DNA of 64,000 nucleotides from NCBI RefSeq assembly GCF_988243305.1, contig NZ_OZ547136.1; one strand, 5' to 3'. Shown piece by piece: positions 36,671 to 48,169 of this stretch (position 1 is its first letter; each line of letters starts with the position of its first letter). The notes under the pieces were generated by a model. It saw only the letters and a program-made list of their open reading frames with translations, ran no database searches and was not told where the DNA came from. The position numbers and the translations under genes were made by a program.

Positions 36671-36955
36671 ATGATTACTTATCACGACGCATTCGCGAAA
36701 GCGAACCATTACCTTGATGATGCAGATCTCGCCGTCGTCATTACTCTACATGGACGCTTTAGCCAGGGCTGGTATTTCTGTTTCGAAGCACGAGAATTTC
36801 TCGAAACTGGTGATGAGGCCGCGCGTTTATCCGGTAACGCACCTTTTATTATTGATAAAGACAGTGGTGAAATTCATTCCCTTGGAACGGCAAAGCCGCT
36901 GGAAGAATATCTACAGGATTATGAAATAAAAAAGGCTACCTTCGGCTTGCCCTGA
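36671..36955 (+). CDS. yrhB: small protein YrhB
   Basis: 94-aa ORF MITYHDAFAKANHYLDDADLAVVITLHG at the expected position before ggt. Confidence 0.8.
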   Translation: MITYHDAFAKANHYLDDADLAVVITLHGRFSQGWYFCFEAREFLETGDEAARLSGNAPFIIDKDSGEIHSLGTAKPLEEYLQDYEIKKATFGLP

Positions 36956-36992
36956 CAATACGGCCCTCTTCCCACGAAGAGGGCCGCTAACC

Positions 36993-38735
36993 TTAATACC
37001 CCGCCGTTAAATCATCCACCGAGCGCGGATCGGATGCACCGTACAGCTCACCGTCCGGCCCAACCATAATGCTTTGTGTACTGCCCATCGCCTCTTTCAG
37101 CGCCACTTTCTGACCTTTTGCTTCCAGCAGCTTGAGCGTATCCGGGCTAAACCCTTTTTCGACACGCAGCTCGTCCGGCAACCACTGATGGTGGAAACGC
37201 GGTGCATTGGTCGCTTCGGCGACATTCATACCATAATCGATGCTGTTCACCACCATTTGCAGCACGGTAGTGATAATCCGGCTCCCGCCAGGGCTACCGG
37301 TAACCAGCCAGGTTTTACCGTCTTTCACCACAATGGTTGGGGACATCGACGACAGCGGGCGTTTATTCGGCCCGACCGCGTTGGCGTCACCACCCACCAG
37401 CCCGTAAACGTTCGGTACGCCAGGTTTGGCGGAGAAATCATCCATTTGGTTATTAAGCAGAATACCGCTCTCGCCCGCGACAATGCCCGTCCCGAAGGTG
37501 GTGTTCAGCGTATAGGTCACCGCTACCGCGTTGCCGTCTTTATCCACCACTGAGTAATGGGTAGTTTGATTACTCTCATAAGGCGCAAGCTTGCCGGGGC
37601 GAATTTCGCTGGATGGCTTCGCTTTATTGATATCGATTTGATCGGCAATAGATTTGGCATAGGCTTTATTGGTCAGCGCCTGCCACGGAACTTTGACAAA
37701 ATCCGGGTCGCCAAGATATTCCGAGCGGTCGGCGTAGGCATATTTCTCAGCTTCTGCCATGATTTGCATCGCGTCGGCGCTGCCAAAGCCGTATTTCTTC
37801 ATATCGAAGTTTTCCAGAATATTGAGGATTTGTACGATATGGATCCCGCCGGAAGATGGCGGTGGCATGGAGTAAACCTGATACCCGCGATAATCGCCGC
37901 TTATTGGTGTGCGCTCGACCGCTTTATACGCCGCTAAATCTTCTTTCGTGATCAGGCCGCCGTTTTTCTGCATCTCCTGAGCGATCTGCTCCGCTATTGT
38001 GCCTTTATAGAATTCGTCCGGGCCATTTTCGGCAATCATCTCCAGGCTCTTTGCCAGGTTCGCCTGCACCAGTTTGTCGCCCTTTTTCAGCGGCTCGCCC
38101 TCTTTCCAGAAGATAGCCTTGCTGTTTTCGTGATTCGGCAACACTTCGCTACCGTAGGTTTTGAGATCGTCAGCCAACGCGTCGTTAACGATAAAACCAT
38201 CGCGTGCCAGTTTAAACGCTGGCTGCACCACTTTGTTTAACGGCATGGTGCCGTATTTATCCAACGCCAGCGAGAAACCTGCTACCGTACCGGGCGTACC
38301 AGAAGCCAGATGCGAAGTGAGTGATTTTTTGCTGTCCGGGTTACCCTGATCATCAAGGAACATATCGCGGGTCGCTTTGGCGGGTGCCATTTCGCGGAAA
38401 TCGATAGCGGTGGTATTGCCATTTTTCGAGCGGATTAACATAAAACCACCACCGCCCAGATTCCCTGCCTGCGGATGCGTTACCGCCAGCGCGTAGCCCA
38501 CCGCCACGGCGGCATCAACGGCATTCCCACCCTCCTTGAGGATATCCACGCCCACCTGAGTGGCAGTAGCATCTACAGACGCCACCATCCCCTGTTTCGC
38601 GCGTACCGGATGGAAGACATCTTCCTCCACGCCATAAGAAACAGGTGGCGGAGGAGGCGCGGCGGCGGCGCTAAAACAACTTCCTGAGAGCAGAGCAGCA
38701 ATGGCCACCCGGCGTAAAAACGTCGGTTTTATCAT
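36993..38735 (-). CDS. ggt: gamma-glutamyltranspeptidase Ggt
   Basis: ORF 36993..38762; start trimmed to MIKPTFLRRVAIAALLSG giving 580 aa. Confidence 0.9.
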   Translation of the reverse strand: MIKPTFLRRVAIAALLSGSCFSAAAAPPPPPVSYGVEEDVFHPVRAKQGMVASVDATATQVGVDILKEGGNAVDAAVAVGYALAVTHPQAGNLGGGGFMLIRSKNGNTTAIDFREMAPAKATRDMFLDDQGNPDSKKSLTSHLASGTPGTVAGFSLALDKYGTMPLNKVVQPAFKLARDGFIVNDALADDLKTYGSEVLPNHENSKAIFWKEGEPLKKGDKLVQANLAKSLEMIAENGPDEFYKGTIAEQIAQEMQKNGGLITKEDLAAYKAVERTPISGDYRGYQVYSMPPPSSGGIHIVQILNILENFDMKKYGFGSADAMQIMAEAEKYAYADRSEYLGDPDFVKVPWQALTNKAYAKSIADQIDINKAKPSSEIRPGKLAPYESNQTTHYSVVDKDGNAVAVTYTLNTTFGTGIVAGESGILLNNQMDDFSAKPGVPNVYGLVGGDANAVGPNKRPLSSMSPTIVVKDGKTWLVTGSPGGSRIITTVLQMVVNSIDYGMNVAEATNAPRFHHQWLPDELRVEKGFSPDTLKLLEAKGQKVALKEAMGSTQSIMVGPDGELYGASDPRSVDDLTAGY

Positions 38736-38854
38736 CGTTATTCTCCAGAGATTAAGGGGCAACCCCAGCTAAGCCTGGTATATAACTCTGAATTAATCCT
38801 GATGATTGCAGGAAAGGAGTAAACTTAAAGAATATCTTCAGAGGAGGATACGCG

Positions 38855-39295
38855 ATGAAACGACTTCTGATTCTTACGGCACTCCTGCCGTTTGTCGGCT
38901 TTGCACAGCCCATTAATACTCTGAACAACCCTAACCAGCCGGGGTATCAGATCCCCAGTCAGCAGCGGATGCAAACCCAGATGCAAACGCAGCAAATCCA
39001 GCAAAAAGGGATGCTGAATCAGCAACTGAAAACGCAAACTCAGTTGCAACAACAGCATTTAGAAAACCAGATAAACAATAATTCACAGCGGGTGTTGCAG
39101 TCACAGCCGGGGGAGCGAAATCCCGCCCGGCAGCAAATGCTGCCCAACACCAACGGCGGGATGTTAAACAGCAACCGTAATCCGGATAGTTCGTTGAATC
39201 AGCAGCATATGCTGCCGGAGAGGAGAAACGGCGACATGCTGAATCAGCCCGGCACGCCGCAGCCTGATATACCGTTGAAAACTATTGGGCCGTAA
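38855..39295 (+). CDS. yhhA: secreted Gln/Asn-rich protein YhhA
   Basis: 146-aa ORF with a signal peptide followed by a Q/N-rich low-complexity region. Confidence 0.8.
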   Translation: MKRLLILTALLPFVGFAQPINTLNNPNQPGYQIPSQQRMQTQMQTQQIQQKGMLNQQLKTQTQLQQQHLENQINNNSQRVLQSQPGERNPARQQMLPNTNGGMLNSNRNPDSSLNQQHMLPERRNGDMLNQPGTPQPDIPLKTIGP

Positions 39296-40025
39296 AGTTC
39301 GGACCAATCACGTCAATCGCATCGGTGCAGATGCAATCCACGCCCCAGCGCAGCAACTCTGCCGCGCGCTGGGGTTTATTGACGGTATAAACCAGAATCC
39401 GTAATCCGGCGTCTTTCAACTGCATCACTCGCGCTTTATCGAGCAACTTATGATTGAGATGAATAGAGACGCAGCCCAGCCGCGCGGTCAGTTCTCGCCA
39501 GTCGTCGCGCCACTCATCAAGCAATAAACCGCGCGGCAGTTCTGGTACTGCTTGTTGCGCGGCTTCTAAAGCATCAATCTCAAACGATGACAGCAGCGGC
39601 GGCGTCATATCGGCCCACAGTTCGCGTGCCGCCAGCGCCACCATTTTGCCCGTTAATGGCCCGGTGCCAGTGGTAGGTTTGATTTCGATATTCGCCATCA
39701 TCCCGTGTTCGCGACAGCGTTCCGCCACCTGCGAAAGCAACGGCAGCGGCTCACCTTTAAACGCTTTGCTGTACCAACTGCCCGCATCCACGCGCAGTAA
39801 ATCCTGCCAGTTCAGTTCACCCGCGACGCCCCAGCCGTTGCTGGTACGTTCAAGATTGTCGTCATGGAGCAGGAAGATCTCGCCATCTTTCGATAACTTC
39901 GCGTCAAATTCGATCATCTTATGACCGTATTTTGCCCCAACGTCGATTGCCGCCAGGGTGTTTTCCGGGGCCAGCTTACCGCCACCACGATGAGCGACGA
40001 TGCGGGGATAAGGCCAGTTACTCAT
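39282..40025 (-). CDS. ugpQ: glycerophosphodiester phosphodiesterase UgpQ
   Basis: 247-aa ORF with the GDPD-family HRG motif. Confidence 0.9.
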   Translation of the reverse strand: MSNWPYPRIVAHRGGGKLAPENTLAAIDVGAKYGHKMIEFDAKLSKDGEIFLLHDDNLERTSNGWGVAGELNWQDLLRVDAGSWYSKAFKGEPLPLLSQVAERCREHGMMANIEIKPTTGTGPLTGKMVALAARELWADMTPPLLSSFEIDALEAAQQAVPELPRGLLLDEWRDDWRELTARLGCVSIHLNHKLLDKARVMQLKDAGLRILVYTVNKPQRAAELLRWGVDCICTDAIDVIGPNFTAQ

Positions 40026-41092
40026 ACTCGTTGTCCTGTTTCACCATCAAAAAGATGCAGCTGATTTTCTGGCAGATGCAGCCACAGCGTGCTGCCTGCT
40101 GTCGGGCGCTCCTGATGCGCCAGCCGAACCACCAGCTTCTGTTCGCCCCAGCGTCCGTGCGCCAGATTATCAGCGCCGAGGATCTCCAGCGTGTCCATCA
40201 CCAGCGGTACGCCGCCTTCTGCCTGCGAGCTTAGCGCTATATGTTCCGGGCGAATGCCGAGAGTCATTTTACGCCCGGCATACTGACGGTAGCCACCGTT
40301 TAGCGGCAGCGCGATACCGCCGTCCAGTTCGAAATGCGTGCCTTCGTTATTCACACGCCCTGCCAGCAGATTCATCGCCGGACTGCCGATAAAACTCGCC
40401 ACAAACAGGCTGGCGGGCTTTTCGTACACTTCAACTGGCGTGCCAATCTGTTCGGCAACGCCGCCGTTCATCACCATTACTCGCTGGGCGAGCGTCATCG
40501 CTTCAACCTGATCGTGAGTAACGTAGAGTGAAGTCGTTTTCAGGCGACGGTGCAGCTGTTGCAGTTCAAGACGCATCTGCACACGCAACTTGGCATCGAG
40601 GTTAGAGAGCGGCTCATCAAACAGGAACACTGCCGGCTCACGCACAATCGCACGCCCCATCGCCACGCGCTGACGCTGACCGCCAGATAGCTCACGCGGG
40701 CGGCGCTTAAGCAGGCCGTCCAGCTCCAGAATGCGCGCCGCTTCTTTAACACGTTCGGCAATTTGTTGCTTGCCCATGCCGCGAATTTTCAGCCCCCACG
40801 CCATGTTCTCCTCTACGCTCATATGCGGATAGAGCGCGTAGTTCTGGAACACCATCGCAATCCCGCGATCTTTCGGCTCCATTTCGGTGACACGCTTGCG
40901 GTCGATCCAGATATCGCCCGTCGTTACCCGCTCCAGTCCGGCCACCATTCGCAATAACGTCGATTTCCCGCAGCCAGACGGCCCGACCATCACGATAAAT
41001 TCGCCATCCGCCACATCAAGGGTCAGCGGTTTAATGACCTGGGTTTTGCCATCCCAGCTTTTGGTTACTGCCTGTAATTTCAGTCCTGCCAT
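40022..41092 (-). CDS. ugpC: sn-glycerol-3-phosphate ABC transporter ATPase UgpC
   Basis: ORF 40022..41131; start trimmed to [13 protein letters not shown] giving 356 aa; Walker A and ABC signature motifs. Confidence 0.9.
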   Translation of the reverse strand: MAGLKLQAVTKSWDGKTQVIKPLTLDVADGEFIVMVGPSGCGKSTLLRMVAGLERVTTGDIWIDRKRVTEMEPKDRGIAMVFQNYALYPHMSVEENMAWGLKIRGMGKQQIAERVKEAARILELDGLLKRRPRELSGGQRQRVAMGRAIVREPAVFLFDEPLSNLDAKLRVQMRLELQQLHRRLKTTSLYVTHDQVEAMTLAQRVMVMNGGVAEQIGTPVEVYEKPASLFVASFIGSPAMNLLAGRVNNEGTHFELDGGIALPLNGGYRQYAGRKMTLGIRPEHIALSSQAEGGVPLVMDTLEILGADNLAHGRWGEQKLVVRLAHQERPTAGSTLWLHLPENQLHLFDGETGQRV

Positions 41093-41093
41093 C

Positions 41094-41939
41094 TTATTTC
41101 TCACTATCGACCAGGCCGCGCACGAAGGCACGCTGCATCACTAAAACAATCACTACTGGTGGGATCAGGGTTAACAACATCGCCGCCATCACCGAGTTCC
41201 ATTCCGTTGTGCCTTCGCCTGTGGCGATCATCCCTTTAATCCCTGCCACGGTGGTGCCGAGATCCACGTCGGTAATAATCAACAACGGCCACAAATACTG
41301 GTTCCAGCCGTAAATAAAGGTGATCACAAACAGCGCCGCCAGATTAGTTTTGGAGAGCGGAAAAACGATGTCGCAAAAGAAGCGCATTGGTGACGCACCG
41401 TCGATCCGCGCCGCTTCCACCAGCTCATCCGGCAGCGTCATAAAGAACTGGCGGAAAAGAAACGTGGCGGTCGCCGAGGCCATCAGCGGCAGCGTTAAAC
41501 CGGCGTAGCTGTCGAGCATCTTCAGGTTGGCGATGACTTCCACCGTCGGGAAGATACGCACTTCAACCGGCAACATCAGAGTAATAAAAATCATCCAGAA
41601 GAAGAGGTTACGCAGCGGAAAACGAAACCAGACAATGGCAAATGCCGAGAGCATCGAGACGGTAATTTTGCCGAGCGTAATGCTGAACGCCATCACAAAG
41701 CTGTTAAGCAACATCCGCCAGAAAGGCGCACTATTCGTGCCTACCCCGTTCACCCAGATGTTGTGGATGTTTTCCAGCAGATGTGGGCCGGGGATGAGCG
41801 TCATCGGCGCGGCGTAGACGGCCTGTTTATCCAGCGTCGCCGCGACAAACGCCACGTACAGCGGGAAGAGGATCACCGCGATCCCGAGGATCAGCATGGT
41901 ATGGCTGAATATCGTCAGCCACGGACGGTTCTCAATCAT
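41094..41939 (-). CDS. ugpE: sn-glycerol-3-phosphate ABC transporter permease UgpE
   Basis: 281-aa membrane ORF. Confidence 0.9.
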
Positions 41940-42823
41940 TGGTAACGCACCTTGCTTTCAACATAGCGGAACTGCACCACCGTCAGCACGATGACGAGGA
42001 ACATCAACACCACCGACTGCGCGGCAGACGAAGCCAGATCCAGTCCGGTAAAGCCTTCGCGGTAGATCTTATAAATCAGCGTCGTGGTAGCCTGAACCGG
42101 CCCGCCGGACGTAGCGGCGTCGATCACCGGGAAGGTGTCGAAGAAGGCGTACACCAGGTTCACCACCAGCAGGAAAAAACTCACCGGAGCGATAAGCGGC
42201 AGAGCAATCTTAAAGAAGCGGCGAATCGGGCCTGCACCGTCGATGGCTGCGGCTTCGATCAACGAACGGGGAATGGATTGCAGCGCGGCATAGAAGAACA
42301 GAAAGTTGTAGCTAATTTGCTTCCACACCGAGGCAAACACCACCAGGAACATCGCCTGACCGCTGTTTTGCGCATGGTTCCAGTCGTAGCCGAACTCAGC
42401 GAGAAAATGGGTGATCAACCCGCGACCGGGATTAAACAGGAAGATCCATAATACGGCAGCAACGGCGGGAGCCACGGCATACGGCAGCAGCATTAAGGTT
42501 TGATAGAAACGGCTGCCGCGCACGATGTACTCCACCAGCGCCGCAAAGAACAGCGACACCAGCAAACCGCTGACGGTGACAAAGGTGCTGAATTTTATCG
42601 TCGTCCAGAAGGAGTCGAGATAGTAGCTGTCATGAAACAGCGTGACGAAGTTATCCAGGCCGACAAACTGGCTGGAGAAACCAAACGGATCGACGCTTTG
42701 CAGCGAGTACCACAACGCTTCGCCCGCAGGCCAGATAAAAAAGATAACGGTGATGATGAGCTGCGGCGCGACCAGCAAATAGGGCAGCCAGCGCGAGCGG
42801 AACACCGGACGGGATGATGACAT
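41936..42823 (-). CDS. ugpA: sn-glycerol-3-phosphate ABC transporter permease UgpA
   Basis: 295-aa membrane ORF; 4-bp overlap with ugpE. Confidence 0.9.
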
Positions 42824-42846
42824 AGTTAAACTCTTCGTGTTGTGTT

Positions 42847-42990
42847 CCCCTCACCCCGGCCCTCTCCCCAAAGGGGCGAGGGAGAAAGGCGGTGCATACT
42901 TTCCCACCGAGCGAAGTTGCAAACCGACACGGCACCTGGATACCACGCCGATCGGTCCCCTCTCCCTTTGGGAGAGGGTTAGGGTGAGGG
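42847..42990. repeat. G-rich imperfect-palindrome intergenic repeat (two inverted copies), ugpA-ugpB spacer
   Basis: cccctcaccccggccctctccccaaaggggcgaggg ... cccctctccctttgggagagggttagggtgaggg; the same core recurs at ~62127-62171. Confidence 0.6.
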
Positions 42991-42998
42991 TAAGAGAA

Positions 42999-44315
42999 TT
43001 AAGACTTCGTAGACTGCTCAAAGCGGCGCAGTAACTGGTTCCCACGCTCAACGGCGGTATCCAGTGCCTGCTGTGGTGTCTTCTTACCGGTCCACACGCT
43101 CTCCAGCTCTTCATCCACAATCACGCGGATCTGCGGCATGTTGCCCAGACGCAGCCCTTTGGTGAACGGTAACGGCGGCTTATTCAGCATCTGACGCGTC
43201 GCGGTATCCGCCCCTGGGTTTTTCTCATAAAAACCCTGCTCACGGGTCAGGTCATACGCCGCTTTGGTGATTGGCAGATAACCAGTTTTCTGATGCCACT
43301 CGGCAGCGTTTTCTGGCTTCGCGAGGAAGTCGAGGAACTTCGCCACACCCGTATAAGTTTCTTTATCTTTACCCTGCATTACCCACAAGCTGGCTCCGCC
43401 GATAATGGCGTTTTGTGGCGCATCTTTCGCATCGGCGTCGTAAGGCATCATGCCTACGCCGTAGTTAAATTTGGCGTACTCGCGAATGTTGGCAAGAGAA
43501 CCGGAAGAGGCGGTGGTCATCGCGCAATCACCGTTATAGAACTTCTCAGTGGATTCATCCTTACGCCCGACGTAGCTGAAATCGCCCTTCTTGTTCATCT
43601 CTTCGAGCATAGCGATGTGTTTCACCTGCTCCGGCTTGTTGAACTCCAGCACCGCGTCTGTGCCGTCAAAGCCGTTGTTTTTGCTGGCAAACGGCAGACC
43701 GTTCCAGGCGCTAAAGTTTTCCAGTTGGATCCAGCCCTGCCAGCCGCTGGCGTAGCCGCACTTCATACCGGAGGCTTTCAGTTTTGCGGCATAGTCCGCC
43801 AGATCCTGCCAGGTTTTCGGCGGCTGTTCCGGGTCTAAACCGGCTTTCTTGAAGGCGTCTTTGTTGTAATAGAGAACGGGAGTCGAGCTGTTGAACGGCT
43901 GGGAGAGTAAGTGGCCGGTTTTGCTGTCGGAGTAGTAGCCTGAAACCGTCGGCACAAACTGCGACTCATCGAACTGAATCCCCGCCTCTTTAAACACGTC
44001 ATATACCGGTTTAATGGCCTTCGACGCCATCATGGTGGCGGTGCCAACTTCATAAACCTGCAAAATAGCCGGCGCGTTGCCGGTACGAAATGCGGCAATC
44101 CCCGCGCTTAAATTCTGTTCGTAGTTGCCTTTATAGGTCGGTACAATTTTGTAATCCGGGTTTTCGGCGTTAAAACGTTGGGCCAGAGAATCCACCTCTT
44201 TACCCAGTTCCCCTTCCATAGAATGCCAGAACGGAATGGTCGTCACTGCCTGTGCATTCCCCATTAACGCCAGTCCGAGCGCCAGTGCTGAAGCTGTATA
44301 ATGTAACGGTTTCAT
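42999..44315 (-). CDS. ugpB: periplasmic sn-glycerol-3-phosphate-binding protein UgpB
   Basis: 438-aa ORF with a signal peptide. Confidence 0.9.
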   Translation of the reverse strand: MKPLHYTASALALGLALMGNAQAVTTIPFWHSMEGELGKEVDSLAQRFNAENPDYKIVPTYKGNYEQNLSAGIAAFRTGNAPAILQVYEVGTATMMASKAIKPVYDVFKEAGIQFDESQFVPTVSGYYSDSKTGHLLSQPFNSSTPVLYYNKDAFKKAGLDPEQPPKTWQDLADYAAKLKASGMKCGYASGWQGWIQLENFSAWNGLPFASKNNGFDGTDAVLEFNKPEQVKHIAMLEEMNKKGDFSYVGRKDESTEKFYNGDCAMTTASSGSLANIREYAKFNYGVGMMPYDADAKDAPQNAIIGGASLWVMQGKDKETYTGVAKFLDFLAKPENAAEWHQKTGYLPITKAAYDLTREQGFYEKNPGADTATRQMLNKPPLPFTKGLRLGNMPQIRVIVDEELESVWTGKKTPQQALDTAVERGNQLLRRFEQSTKS

Positions 44316-44547
44316 CGTTTATCTCTCTTGTTGTACCGAATGCGCGAATTCACGCGTTTTATGCTCGCGGGGTAACATGACATGCTCGAATTACAGAAAA
44401 ATAACTTTTTTGTTACATTTGTAAGATAGTAAGGTGTCAGAAAGATGACAAGGCGGTGACGGCGTGGGTGAGGGAAAATGGGAGATGGGGCACGGATAAT
44501 GCTACGTTGGGGAAAATTAACGCGCCAGAGACTATCTGGCGCAGCGC

Positions 44548-45294
44548 TTACTGAACAATACTCTGCTTCAGCCGTTCATTGGCGGTCTTAATCCATTCCC
44601 GGTGGTGTTTTCTATAATGCGGTCTTGAGCGTTTAGCCGTATCAACCACGGCAACATACTGCTCGTTGGCTTCACGTAACCGACTCATTTTCGCCAGCAT
44701 TTCCGCATAATAAATACGCGCCTGCGGGCCGGGGTAATAAGAAATCAATACTTCAAACTCGCTTTCCGCATCAGCGTATTTTTCTTGTGCGGCTAACGTT
44801 CTGGCAAATAACAAATGCCCGTCTGCCGACTGAAAATCAGGGTTATAACGCATCACATCTTCCAGCGTCTGCTGACAGGCGGCGAACTCCTGAATAGCAA
44901 ACTGCGCCTGCGCCAGGCTGAGCATCATTGCCGCTTCATGGACGAATATCCCGCTTAACGCCTGCTGATAATGGGGAACGGCTTCGTGATAACGCCCCAG
45001 ACGCGCCAGTTCATTAGCCAACGCATAATGGTTTTGATTCGTCTCGGCAATCGCCATTTCTTCGGTTAATTTGCGCAGGTGGCGCTCAGGGTTGACTTTG
45101 TCCTGCAGGCGCATCAGCAAAGTATGCCCGTGACGGTCAGCGCCCGTTTCAGGCAGCATCACTATGACGAAATACGCCACGCAGCCAATCACCGGAAAAC
45201 AGAAAATGATAAAAATCCAGTACCGCTCTTGTCCGGTACGGTAAGCGTGAATACAGCAAAGCAGTTCAAGCATGACAACAACGGCATAATGCAT
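44548..45294 (-). CDS. hypothetical membrane-anchored protein (PLD-N-like TM hairpin plus helical TPR-like domain)
   Basis: 248-aa ORF; N-terminus has two hydrophobic helices around a W-x3-I-x4-P-V-I-G-x3-Y motif; the rest is alpha-helical-looking with Y/A/E/Q repeats. I do not recognise a gene at this position in the K-12 order. Confidence 0.5.
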   Translation of the reverse strand: MHYAVVVMLELLCCIHAYRTGQERYWIFIIFCFPVIGCVAYFVIVMLPETGADRHGHTLLMRLQDKVNPERHLRKLTEEMAIAETNQNHYALANELARLGRYHEAVPHYQQALSGIFVHEAAMMLSLAQAQFAIQEFAACQQTLEDVMRYNPDFQSADGHLLFARTLAAQEKYADAESEFEVLISYYPGPQARIYYAEMLAKMSRLREANEQYVAVVDTAKRSRPHYRKHHREWIKTANERLKQSIVQ

Positions 45295-45412
45295 GGGAGG
45301 GAACCTTTCCGTGGCAAATAAGTGGTCTGGTTTTAATCCTCCCGGTCAGTTGAAACAAGTCTGTATACGGACGAAAAGCCCGGCAGAACGTGGCTGCCGG
45401 GTATTCGATAAT

Positions 45413-46126
45413 TTACCCGCCTAAATACGCACTTCTCACCGCTTCGTTCGCCAGTAGTGCATCACCAGTATCGGAGAGCACCACATGACCGTTTTCCAGC
45501 ACGTAGCCGCGATCCGCCAGCTTTAGCGCCTGGTTGGCGTTCTGCTCGACGAGGAAGATAGTCATCCCCTGCTCGCGCAGCTGCTCGATGGTGTCGAAAA
45601 TTTGCTGGATGATAATCGGCGCCAGTCCGAGCGAGGGTTCATCAAGCAACAACAAACGCGGGTTGCTCATCAGCGCACGACCAATCGCCAGCATCTGCTG
45701 TTCACCACCAGACATCGTTCCCGCCCGCTGAACACGGCGCTCATGTAGACGCGGAAACAGTTCATAGACCCACTTTATGCGCTCCTGAAACTGGTCGCGT
45801 TCGGCAAAAAAGCCGCCCATCGCCAGGTTCTCTTCCACCGTCATCCGCGAGAAGACGCGACGCCCTTCCGGGACAATCGCTACCGCTTCGCGCATGATTT
45901 TCGCCGTCTGCCAGTCGGTAATGTCTTTATCATCAAACACAATTCGCCCACTGGTGGCGCGCGGATCGCCGCATAACGTGCCGAGCAAGGTGGTTTTCCC
46001 CGCCCCGTTCGCGCCAATAAGGGTGACAATCTCGCCCTGATTGATATGCAGGCTCACCTCATGCAGCGCCTGGATTTTGCCGTAGTGGGCGCTGACTTTG
46101 TCAAAGGACAACATGACTTTTTCCAT
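45413..46126 (-). CDS. livF: branched-chain amino acid ABC transporter ATPase LivF
   Basis: ORF 45413..46138; start trimmed to MEKVMLSFDKVSAHYGKIQ giving 237 aa. Confidence 0.9.
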   Translation of the reverse strand: MEKVMLSFDKVSAHYGKIQALHEVSLHINQGEIVTLIGANGAGKTTLLGTLCGDPRATSGRIVFDDKDITDWQTAKIMREAVAIVPEGRRVFSRMTVEENLAMGGFFAERDQFQERIKWVYELFPRLHERRVQRAGTMSGGEQQMLAIGRALMSNPRLLLLDEPSLGLAPIIIQQIFDTIEQLREQGMTIFLVEQNANQALKLADRGYVLENGHVVLSDTGDALLANEAVRSAYLGG

Positions 46127-46127
46127 C

Positions 46128-46895
46128 TTATGCCTCACCTAAATAGGCACGGATCACGTCCGGGTTATTACGGATTTGCTCCGGCGTACCGTTTGCCAGC
46201 GGCGTCCCCTGGTTGACCACGTAAATTCGGTCTGAAATCCCCATCACCAGCTTCATATCGTGTTCAATCAACAAGATAGTGGTGTTGTGATGGTTACGCA
46301 GTTCGGCAATCAGCTCATCCAGCTCTTTCGTCTCTTTCGGGTTAAGACCTGCCGCAGGTTCGTCGAGCATTAAAATCTCCGGCTGCGTCACCATACAGCG
46401 GGCGATCTCCAGACGGCGCTGGTCGCCATAGGCCAGGTTACTCGCCTGGCGGTTGGCGTGTTCCAGCAAACCAATGCGCTCAAGCCAGGTGGCGGCGCGG
46501 TCGAGCGCTTCGCTCTGGGCGCGACGGAAAGAAGGCGTTTTCAACAGGCCAGAGAACAGCCCGGTTTTCAGTTGCTGATGCTGCGCCACCAGCAGGTTTT
46601 CAATTACCGTCATTTCACGGAACAGACGCACATGCTGGAAGGTGCGCACCACGCCCATGCGGGCGATTTGCTGCCCCGGTAAACCTTCAAGATGCTGATC
46701 ACGCAATAAAATAGTGCCGCCGGTGGGTTTGTAGAATCCGGTCAGGCAGTTAAAAACCGTGGTTTTTCCGGCACCGTTAGGGCCGATTAACGAGACGATC
46801 TCCTGCGGGTACAGTTCAAGATTGACGTTGTTCACCGCCAGCAGGCCGCCGAAGCGCATCATCAGGCCGTTAACAGATAATAATGGCTGACTCAT
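46128..46895 (-). CDS. livG: branched-chain amino acid ABC transporter ATPase LivG
   Basis: 255-aa ORF with Walker [10 protein letters not shown]. Confidence 0.9.
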   Translation of the reverse strand: MSQPLLSVNGLMMRFGGLLAVNNVNLELYPQEIVSLIGPNGAGKTTVFNCLTGFYKPTGGTILLRDQHLEGLPGQQIARMGVVRTFQHVRLFREMTVIENLLVAQHQQLKTGLFSGLLKTPSFRRAQSEALDRAATWLERIGLLEHANRQASNLAYGDQRRLEIARCMVTQPEILMLDEPAAGLNPKETKELDELIAELRNHHNTTILLIEHDMKLVMGISDRIYVVNQGTPLANGTPEQIRNNPDVIRAYLGEA

Positions 46896-48169
46896 GCCTG
46901 CTCTCCTTTCGCTGCGCCGTTTTTCAGCTTCAGTTGCGGGCGCGTCATGGGCAGCAAACCCTGCGGACGCCAGATCATCATCAGCACCATCAAACCACCG
47001 AGCATTAACATGCTGTATTCGTTGAAATCACGCATCAATTCGCGCGACACCACCAGCAAAATTGCCGCCAGAATTACCGCAAATTGCGAGCCCATACCGC
47101 CGAGCACCACTATCGCCAGCACAAACGCCGATTCGGCAAAGGTGAAGGATTCCGGGCTGACAAAGCCCTGACGCGCAGCAAACAGCGTTCCGGCAAAACC
47201 GGCAAACGCGGCACTGATGGTAAAGGCAGTCAGCTTGATACGACGCGGGCTTAAGCCCAGCGAACGGCAGGCGATCTCGTCTTCACGCAACGCTTCCCAC
47301 GCACGGCCCAGCGGCATCCGCAGCAGGCGGTTAATGACAAACAGGCTTAGCACCACCAGCAGCAACGCCACCAGGTACAGGAAGATGACGCGATCGGAGG
47401 GATCGTATTTCAGGCCAAAGAAATTACTGAACGTGTCCCAGCCGCCTTCGCGGGCGGTACGGCTGAACTCGAGGCCGAAGAAAGTCGGTTTCGGGATCTG
47501 ACTAATTCCGTTCGGGCCACCAGTGATTTCAGTGTTATTGAGCAGCAATATGCGCACAATTTCGCCGAAACCGAGGGTAACGATCGCCAGATAGTCACCG
47601 CGCAGACGCAGCACCGGAAAGCCGAGCAGGAAGCCCGCCGCCGCCGCCATTAACCCGGCAATCGGCAGACAGGTCCAGAAGCCCAGACCGTAATAGTGAT
47701 TGAGCAGCGCAAAAGTGTAAGCGCCGATGGCGTAAAAGCCGCCGTACCCCAGCACCAGCAGACCAGAAAGACCTACCACCACGTTCAGCCCGAGGCCAAG
47801 GATAATGTAGATCATGGTCAGGGTGGCAATATCCACCGTCCCGCGTGAAACCATAAACGGCCACGCCACCGCAAGCACCAACAGCGCCACGAGGAACAGT
47901 TTCTGTTTCACCGTGGAGCCATCAATCGCGGGCAGAATAAACTTCGGTCCGGAAACGCTTTTCAGCCCTTTCTGGAAAGCCGGTCGCAAAAGCTGGAAGA
48001 AAAAGACCACCGCCGTGCCGATAAACACCCACTGCCAACGGATGTCTGAAGCCGTGTCGACCACCAGTTTGGTGCCATCCAGCTCCAGTTGCACGCCCAT
48101 AAAGACGCCAGCGAGGACAAAGAACATCGCGGCAGAGAGCAACGCCATTGCAATATGCATCGGTTTCAT
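46892..48169 (-). CDS. livM: branched-chain amino acid ABC transporter permease LivM
   Basis: 425-aa membrane ORF. Confidence 0.9.
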   Translation of the reverse strand: MKPMHIAMALLSAAMFFVLAGVFMGVQLELDGTKLVVDTASDIRWQWVFIGTAVVFFFQLLRPAFQKGLKSVSGPKFILPAIDGSTVKQKLFLVALLVLAVAWPFMVSRGTVDIATLTMIYIILGLGLNVVVGLSGLLVLGYGGFYAIGAYTFALLNHYYGLGFWTCLPIAGLMAAAAGFLLGFPVLRLRGDYLAIVTLGFGEIVRILLLNNTEITGGPNGISQIPKPTFFGLEFSRTAREGGWDTFSNFFGLKYDPSDRVIFLYLVALLLVVLSLFVINRLLRMPLGRAWEALREDEIACRSLGLSPRRIKLTAFTISAAFAGFAGTLFAARQGFVSPESFTFAESAFVLAIVVLGGMGSQFAVILAAILLVVSRELMRDFNEYSMLMLGGLMVLMMIWRPQGLLPMTRPQLKLKNGAAKGEQA

